NCBI GenBank assembly: GCA_050506795.1
Contig: JBJHCF010000053.1
Span: 1 to 30,035 of the forward strand
Length of the DNA stretch: 30,035 bases
Reading direction: 5' to 3'
From: Opitutia bacterium
Lineage (GTDB): Bacteria > Verrucomicrobiota > Verrucomicrobiia > Opitutales > T3Sed10-336
A program made the position numbers and the translations under genes. Numbering within the stretch: position 1 is the stretch's first letter; every line of letters starts with the position of its first letter. The notes under the pieces were generated by a model, which was given only the letters and a program-made list of their open reading frames with translations, was not told the DNA's origin and did not search any database. This document shows positions 24,634 to 30,035 of this stretch, piece after piece.

Positions 24634-27600
24634 CTACTCGTTGATGCTTACGCCCAGACTAATAAACCTTTGGGGACCCGAACCGATCGGCACATCGTCC
24701 GTGTAGGTCTCCACGCCAGCCGAGTTGAACGGCGGGAAGCTATAGACCACCTCGAAACCATCATTCAGGTCATTGGTCGCCAGGATGGAATACACCACGT
24801 TGGGATCGGCAATGTGGTTGAAGGTGAGTGTCAGGAAGTCGTCCTCCTGGCCAACCTGGATTGCGCCGTGGGCCGAACCGGCAACCGTGGGATCCACGCC
24901 CAATGCGTACTTCACCAGATTCTTGAATCCGTCACCGGTGAACTCAACATCATTGGCCGCATCACCGTCGTTGGCGCTGGTTCCGAAGTATTCCTGGCGC
25001 CAGTCGGCGATGCCCTCTCCCGGCGGAATCAATTCGCCCTCGCCGGTCAAGAGAATCTGGAATCCGTTGAAGGCGTTCAAACCCTCCACTCCAGGCGCCT
25101 CGCTAATCGTCCAGCTCACCGTCCCGTTCGCGGCGACCATGGCATCCTCGAACACCACATGCGCGAAGTTGTTGTAGCGCAGGTCGCGCCCTTCAGACGC
25201 ATCAGTCACCCCCGACTGTGCTTCGCCGGTGGTACTGTTCGCCGCGGCGAGAGTCACGGTCGCGATGTCGTCGCGCTCATGACTCTGGTCGAAGGTGCTC
25301 TCCGGGCCGTGCGAATAAACGACGAGCGTCACCTCCAGTCCCGCGAACTGCGTGAGCCCGCTCAGCGTGAAGTTCATCGAATCCCCGCTCTCCGTGAAGA
25401 TGTAGTCCCGAAGCAAAGGCCCGGACCAATCTGTTACCGGATCGTCGATTCCCCCGCCGGTAGGCGTATCCTGCGCGGTGGCGGCAGGCGCGTCAATAGA
25501 GAGGGTCAAGCCCGGAAGCTGCAATCCTTCGTGATCAACCAAATCGGTGAAATCTCTCAAACCGCGCGCCCACTCGGCCATGCGGTTCCAGACTGTGTCT
25601 CCCTCACCGATTCCGTGTGGGTTCTGTGCCGCGGTCGCCGGATCGACCTCGATCACTGTTCCGTCCGTGCGCAGAATCCCGTGGCCGGACATCTCATCGT
25701 GAAGATCCAAAAGGATATGATTCATGTCGCCGCTGACCAGGATCGAACGTCCCCCACCGGCCACCGAGAGCGAGGCGTGAGCCTCATTGGTTGACCCGGC
25801 GCTGTCGTTGACGACGACCGTGTAGGTCCCGCTATCCGCCGCACTCACGTCGTCGAGTTGCAATGTCGCCGAGTTTGCGCCGGCGATATTCGTGCCGTCC
25901 GGTCCGCGCCATTGGTAGGAGAGATTTCCCCCGACGGCGGAATTCGCTTCCACCGAATAGGTAACACTGGATCCGGCGGGCGCGAATCGGCTCACCGGAC
26001 GCGATGTGAATACAGGACGCGCGACCGTGCCGGCACTTGTATCGACGATCGAAATCGCCGCGATCCCGCCCGGGTTGGCAACCACATCCTCATGGAGGAT
26101 CGTAAAGTTAGAACCCGTTACACCGGCGTACCGGAAGACCGTGACCGGTTCGCTTTGCGCAGCTTCCTCCTCGGTCATCGCCGAGGCAATGCTAAACGGA
26201 AAGTTGAATGGTGCGGCGGGGATGTAGCTTCGACCATAGAATGTGGTCTGGGCACCCTCGGCGTCGGTCAAGGTAATGCGCCGGGCATTCTGCCCATGAG
26301 CGCCGTCAACCCCTCGCGGATAGACGAAGACATCGTAGGTCGCGAACTCAATGTTGCTGATCGTCACCGAGGAACCACCCCGGCCCTCAATGTAGCCGTG
26401 GAACATCCGTTGGTCGGCATCCTTCTCGGCCACCGGGCCGAATCCGTTCAATGCCCCCCATGTATTCGCCGACTCCCAGGTGGCGGTCACGCCCGTCGGT
26501 TCGCCCAGATCGTTGACCAGCTCGAATGGCTGGGTCCGGGTGTTAACGCTCGGGGAATTGTTCCAGTTGGCGACCGGGACCACCCCGGCTTCCTGCCACG
26601 GATGGACGATTCCCAACTCACCATTGAATAGATCAAGAGCTCCGGCCCAGTCGGGCCGGGCCGAACCGACGAAGTTCAAGCTTATCGCCTCGGAGGGACG
26701 CGGGATGAGGATTAGCTCCGTCTGTAGAGTCACCGTGGTCGGCGGCAGTCCTTCGGATTCGGCGGCGTCGTCGATTACAACCACGGCGTAGGTTCCCTCG
26801 TCTTCGATTTCGACCGCTCCGAGATCCAGCGAGAATCCGGTTTCGCCGCCGAGGTCAACACCGTCCCTCGACCACTGGTAGGTAATATTCCCCTGCCCCG
26901 TCGCTTCCACGTTCAGTACGATGTGATCGCCGGCAAACGCCAACAGACCCGCCGGCGGGGCGGAAACGATTTGCGGTTCCGGGTATCCGGGTACGGACAG
27001 GGTTGCGACATCGCTGATTTCCTCGGCTCCGTCCGTTTGCGAAGCGATCACACGAAACCGGTGTCCGTCCTGCGAGAGTATAACGGATTCGATCGTGTAG
27101 TCGGGTTCATTGGCTCCATCAATATCGGTCCAAGTCGCCCCATCGTCGGTTAAAACCTGCCATTGGTAACCCGGCGTATCGACGCCGCCGCCAGTGGCGA
27201 AGGCCGAGAAAACGACCGTATCTGTGGCGAACGCGGTCGCATCCTGGGGATGCGAGACGAAGCGCACAACGGAGGTGTTGAAGGCCAGGAGTTCGTGCCG
27301 AGCGAGTGCCCGATCACTGAAGCGGACCTCATCGATTCGTCCGTTCACCCAGTCAACCGGGCCGCCTGCATCCGCCCATTGGCCACGCCCGATCGTCCAG
27401 GGCGTCACCGGGTCCTGCGGTACGAAAAGCCCGGAAAAATTCCCGGTCTGTCCATCCAGTTCCCCGTCGACATAAATCGAGAGCGTGCCGGCCTCGGCGT
27501 CACCGACCGCGGCCACGTGGTACCAACGGTTCGTCACGACGGGCGTGCTTCCTCCGGCGGTGATGTGATTTCCTTGAGAAGTTAGGGCGGTGGCGACAAA

Positions 27601-29112
27601 ATTATTTCCAGCAACCTTCTGGATTCGGAACAGAGGGTTGGCGTCACCCGTATAACTCTCCGCACCGGGACCGGGACGGTCATCGCGACCGACCACAATC
27701 TGCCAATCCGGATTGGTCAGTTGGTCGAATTGAACCCACGCCTCGACCGTAAAACTTTCGAACTCGATCTGGCTCAATGAATCACCGTCGGTGCCGACAA
27801 AAGCATTGTTTTCCTCGACCCCCAACTCCACCGCTCCCAGGTTTTCGGCCCCGCTCAGCGGCAGCAGCGCGAAGGGAACGCTGTCGCCGTATAACGGCGT
27901 GCCCACGGCCGGCAGATGATGTCCTCCGACGGAGTCGAAGGCCTCACCAATCTCCGAACCGGGCGTACCGCCTTCAAAGCGATAATAAGCGACAACGCCT
28001 TCCGTTTCCGGAGGACCATCGGCGTCACCGACACGCAATTCAGCCGCGTTACTCTCCAAGGTCATACCGTTGGCTTCGACCACCAATCGGTACTGATTCC
28101 GATCATCGGTCAAGGCGACATTCTCAAGAAACAACGTGGTCTCCGTCTCCCCTTCGATTTCCGTCCAGTTCTCGCCGCCGTCCGTCGACAGTTCCCATTG
28201 GTACGAGACCGTTTCGAAGTTCAAGCCGACCTCTACGGCCCCTGAAAAGCTCACGTCATAACCGGGCCTGGCAAAGGCCGGCTCGGGGTGAGCGACGAAT
28301 TCGAATATCTCCGGATCGCCGGTGAGAAATTCCTGCGGGCTGAGCGCCACATTGCTAAAGCGAACCTCGTCGACTCTGCCATTGAAGAAATTCTCGCGGG
28401 ACCCTATCCACTGGCCCGTGCCAATCGTCCACTCAGGCCTCGGATTCGGAAGGAACAACCCGGCGTAATTTCCCATGACTCCCACCTGTTGACCGTCCGC
28501 ATAAGCGGTAATTGTGCCCGCATCCACATCGCCCACCACCGCGAGGTGGGTCCAAGTGTCCGTTGTGAACACGTGGCTGGTGGTGAGAAATTGCACCGCC
28601 CCAGTCTCACGGTGTGTCGTCAGAACCCCGAAATTGTTGCTGTCTACCTTCTGGATGCGGAACAACCCATGGTTGTCATTATTCTGGTTCCCCCGGTCAG
28701 ACCGACCGACTATCGTCTGCCAGGCAGGTTCGAGACTCTCGAACTTGACCCAGAGCTCTATAGTGAAATCATCGAACTCGACATTGCTCAAGCCTTCATC
28801 ATCGATACTATGGAAGGCTACATTCGCTCCAGCGAAATCGATGGAGAACTCGTTATCTTCGTCAATAGCCAAGATAGGAGACATCGGAACGTCCGCGCGG
28901 TACACGGGGCTCGCGGCCCCGGCGACGAGGACCTCCAAATGGTAATTGTTTCCGGAGGAATCGAGCGCGCCGGTCGCGGCGGCACCGTCAGTGCCCTCCT
29001 CGAATCGGTAATGGGCGACCGTGTTGGCGGAGAGGGAGGCGGCGGGTATGAATACCGCCACGACCAGCCCGGCCAACAGAGATTTAACGAAGAAGGAACG
29101 TTTTAGTCTCAT
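24634..29112 (-). CDS. Large secreted multidomain protein (~1492 aa): LamG-Ig-LamG-Ig-Ig-beta-sandwich-Ig-beta-sandwich-terminal module; likely adhesin or glycan-binding protein
   Basis: ATG 29112 gives signal peptide MRLKRSFFVKSLLAGLVVAVFIPAASLSA/NT. Two LamG domains (AxYRFE...FTxExWV...WxHxAxV...DEVRFS..AL), four Ig-like units (YQW...YxxVV), and WRQEYFG...GDGFKNLVKYALGVDP near the end. The ORF-track extension to 29283 is AT-rich and looks non-coding. Confidence 0.9.
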   Translation of the reverse strand: MRLKRSFFVKSLLAGLVVAVFIPAASLSANTVAHYRFEEGTDGAAATGALDSSGNNYHLEVLVAGAASPVYRADVPMSPILAIDEDNEFSIDFAGANVAFHSIDDEGLSNVEFDDFTIELWVKFESLEPAWQTIVGRSDRGNQNNDNHGLFRIQKVDSNNFGVLTTHRETGAVQFLTTSHVFTTDTWTHLAVVGDVDAGTITAYADGQQVGVMGNYAGLFLPNPRPEWTIGTGQWIGSRENFFNGRVDEVRFSNVALSPQEFLTGDPEIFEFVAHPEPAFARPGYDVSFSGAVEVGLNFETVSYQWELSTDGGENWTEIEGETETTLFLENVALTDDRNQYRLVVEANGMTLESNAAELRVGDADGPPETEGVVAYYRFEGGTPGSEIGEAFDSVGGHHLPAVGTPLYGDSVPFALLPLSGAENLGAVELGVEENNAFVGTDGDSLSQIEFESFTVEAWVQFDQLTNPDWQIVVGRDDRPGPGAESYTGDANPLFRIQKVAGNNFVATALTSQGNHITAGGSTPVVTNRWYHVAAVGDAEAGTLSIYVDGELDGQTGNFSGLFVPQDPVTPWTIGRGQWADAGGPVDWVNGRIDEVRFSDRALARHELLAFNTSVVRFVSHPQDATAFATDTVVFSAFATGGGVDTPGYQWQVLTDDGATWTDIDGANEPDYTIESVILSQDGHRFRVIASQTDGAEEISDVATLSVPGYPEPQIVSAPPAGLLAFAGDHIVLNVEATGQGNITYQWSRDGVDLGGETGFSLDLGAVEIEDEGTYAVVVIDDAAESEGLPPTTVTLQTELILIPRPSEAISLNFVGSARPDWAGALDLFNGELGIVHPWQEAGVVPVANWNNSPSVNTRTQPFELVNDLGEPTGVTATWESANTWGALNGFGPVAEKDADQRMFHGYIEGRGGSSVTISNIEFATYDVFVYPRGVDGAHGQNARRITLTDAEGAQTTFYGRSYIPAAPFNFPFSIASAMTEEEAAQSEPVTVFRYAGVTGSNFTILHEDVVANPGGIAAISIVDTSAGTVARPVFTSRPVSRFAPAGSSVTYSVEANSAVGGNLSYQWRGPDGTNIAGANSATLQLDDVSAADSGTYTVVVNDSAGSTNEAHASLSVAGGGRSILVSGDMNHILLDLHDEMSGHGILRTDGTVIEVDPATAAQNPHGIGEGDTVWNRMAEWARGLRDFTDLVDHEGLQLPGLTLSIDAPAATAQDTPTGGGIDDPVTDWSGPLLRDYIFTESGDSMNFTLSGLTQFAGLEVTLVVYSHGPESTFDQSHERDDIATVTLAAANSTTGEAQSGVTDASEGRDLRYNNFAHVVFEDAMVAANGTVSWTISEAPGVEGLNAFNGFQILLTGEGELIPPGEGIADWRQEYFGTSANDGDAANDVEFTGDGFKNLVKYALGVDPTVAGSAHGAIQVGQEDDFLTLTFNHIADPNVVYSILATNDLNDGFEVVYSFPPFNSAGVETYTDDVPIGSGPQRFISLGVSINE

Positions 29113-29466
29113 AACAGGTACAGGTAGCGGGTTTAGGCTGGTTTCGTTCCTGAATAAAAAGCACAAGACAAACGAACCAACCGTTGATATTTTTAATATA
29201 ACGAAGACGTGTATTCTTGTAATTGAGGCGATGGAGGCTTTTTTCGAACAAAGCAATGATATGACAAAAACGTAAAACTCCACCAGTGCATTGACAGTCT
29301 AACAATAGAGCAATGGATCGAATCGCTAATTACGATACTCCACGCGAACGCCTTAAAGGTTCGCCGAAATTCGCCTGCTCATGATCGTCATAACCAGGCT
29401 GAGGGGCATGGCACGGCGGCCGACACGTTCGAACCGGCACGGACCCGAATGCACTGGAGGTCAACA

Positions 29467-29711
29467 CGGTACAACTCAAAGTCCCTGCAAAGCTCGCTGA
29501 TCGTGAATCGGCCCGTCTCGGACAGTACAGCGAATCGTTCTTTTTCGTCCGTGGTGGTCCGGTTCTCTTCGAGCCCGGTCTTGTCGCTCCGCTCAGAACG
29601 GTCTTTTTCCATGGCATAAACGCCATACTGAAGTGTAACCGATGTCCTTGCGATAACTGTTACCGATGTCTCTGGGTTGTACCCTATTACCAATGTTTTT
29701 GGGTTGTACCG
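29467..29711 (-). mobile_element. Internally deleted IS481-family derivative (~245 bp, MITE-like)
   Basis: Bounded by inverted repeats cggtacaactcaaa (29467-29480) and the reverse complement of 29698-29711 (cggtacaacccaaa), 13/14 match. Internal repeats tgtaaccgatgtc / tgttaccgatgtc / tattaccaatgtt. Carries the 5' end of a transposase. Confidence 0.7.
29481..29617 (-). pseudogene. IS481-family transposase 5' remnant, frameshifted and truncated
   Basis: MPWKKT in one frame and TTTDEKERFAVLSETGRFTISELCRDF in another, separated by ~40 extra nt. MPW...E+.RF...ISELCRxF is the typical IS481 HTH N-terminus. Confidence 0.75.
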
Positions 29712-29956
29712 CTACGAGGATGTGGCGGAACGGTTGGGGGGGGCCACTTCTAGTGAAATAGATCGCCTCCTTGATTGCCTTTACGGAAAATCATTTCTAA
29801 ATTCAGACCTCCTGACATGCCCTGATTAAATTAATCTTATTGTCAACAACTTAGGGAATCTTGCCCAAATGCAGGGTGCGGACCCAAAACTGTCCGGTTT
29901 TTTCGCCGGCCGACGAAGACTTCCCGATTTCTTCGGCGTGCGCCTATGCTTCGGAC

Positions 29957-30035
29957 ATGGGCGCCACGACTTCTCATGACCAGCTTTTCGACGATGAAGA
30001 ACTCAAGGGAGATGACGATATTGTCATCATCAATG
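29957..30035 (+). CDS. Possible 5' end of an unknown gene (partial)
   Basis: ATG 29957 gives MGATTSHDQLFDDEELKGDDDIVIIN..., open to the window edge, acidic like other proteins here. Too short to identify. Confidence 0.35.
   Translation, partial: MGATTSHDQLFDDEELKGDDDIVIIN

Noticed and set aside
29113..29283. 57-codon N-terminal extension of the 1549-aa ORF
   Set aside because: AT-rich, atypical composition and a non-ATG start. The signal peptide begins at ATG 29112.
29634..29711. Possible mini-CRISPR array (three similar repeats)
   Set aside because: The repeats are adjacent or only ~11 bp apart with no unique spacers and no cas genes. They abut a transposase start and fit IS481 end repeats.

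Overview
Bacterial DNA, mostly GC-rich. The gene content suggests Verrucomicrobiota (Opitutales-like), inferred from the secreted-protein motifs. The exported proteins are strongly acidic. From left to right: (1) the left end of an ISL3-family element that has inserted into, and truncated, a secreted-protein gene, plus an upstream hypothetical partner gene; (2) an Asp-box/BNR sialidase-fold protein; (3) a minus-strand acetyl-CoA/acetate operon (CoA-transferase-GNAT fusion, fused ADP-forming acyl-CoA ligase, AAA_26/DRTGG protein); (4) a divergent 12.6-kb operon of three very large secreted proteins (1851, ~1167 and 1179 aa) with no recognisable enzyme domain, the best candidate for an undescribed extracellular system; (5) an orphan PksC-like malonyl-CoA:ACP acyltransferase; (6) a chimeric GH10 xylanase converging on a ~1490-aa LamG/Ig surface protein, the pair flanked by IS481-type end sequences, including a ~245-bp internally deleted IS481 derivative. 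Three unrelated secreted proteins end in a similar ~70-80 aa terminal module that may be a sorting signal. No rRNA, tRNA or CRISPR array was seen. All family calls come from motif recognition by eye; no database search was run.
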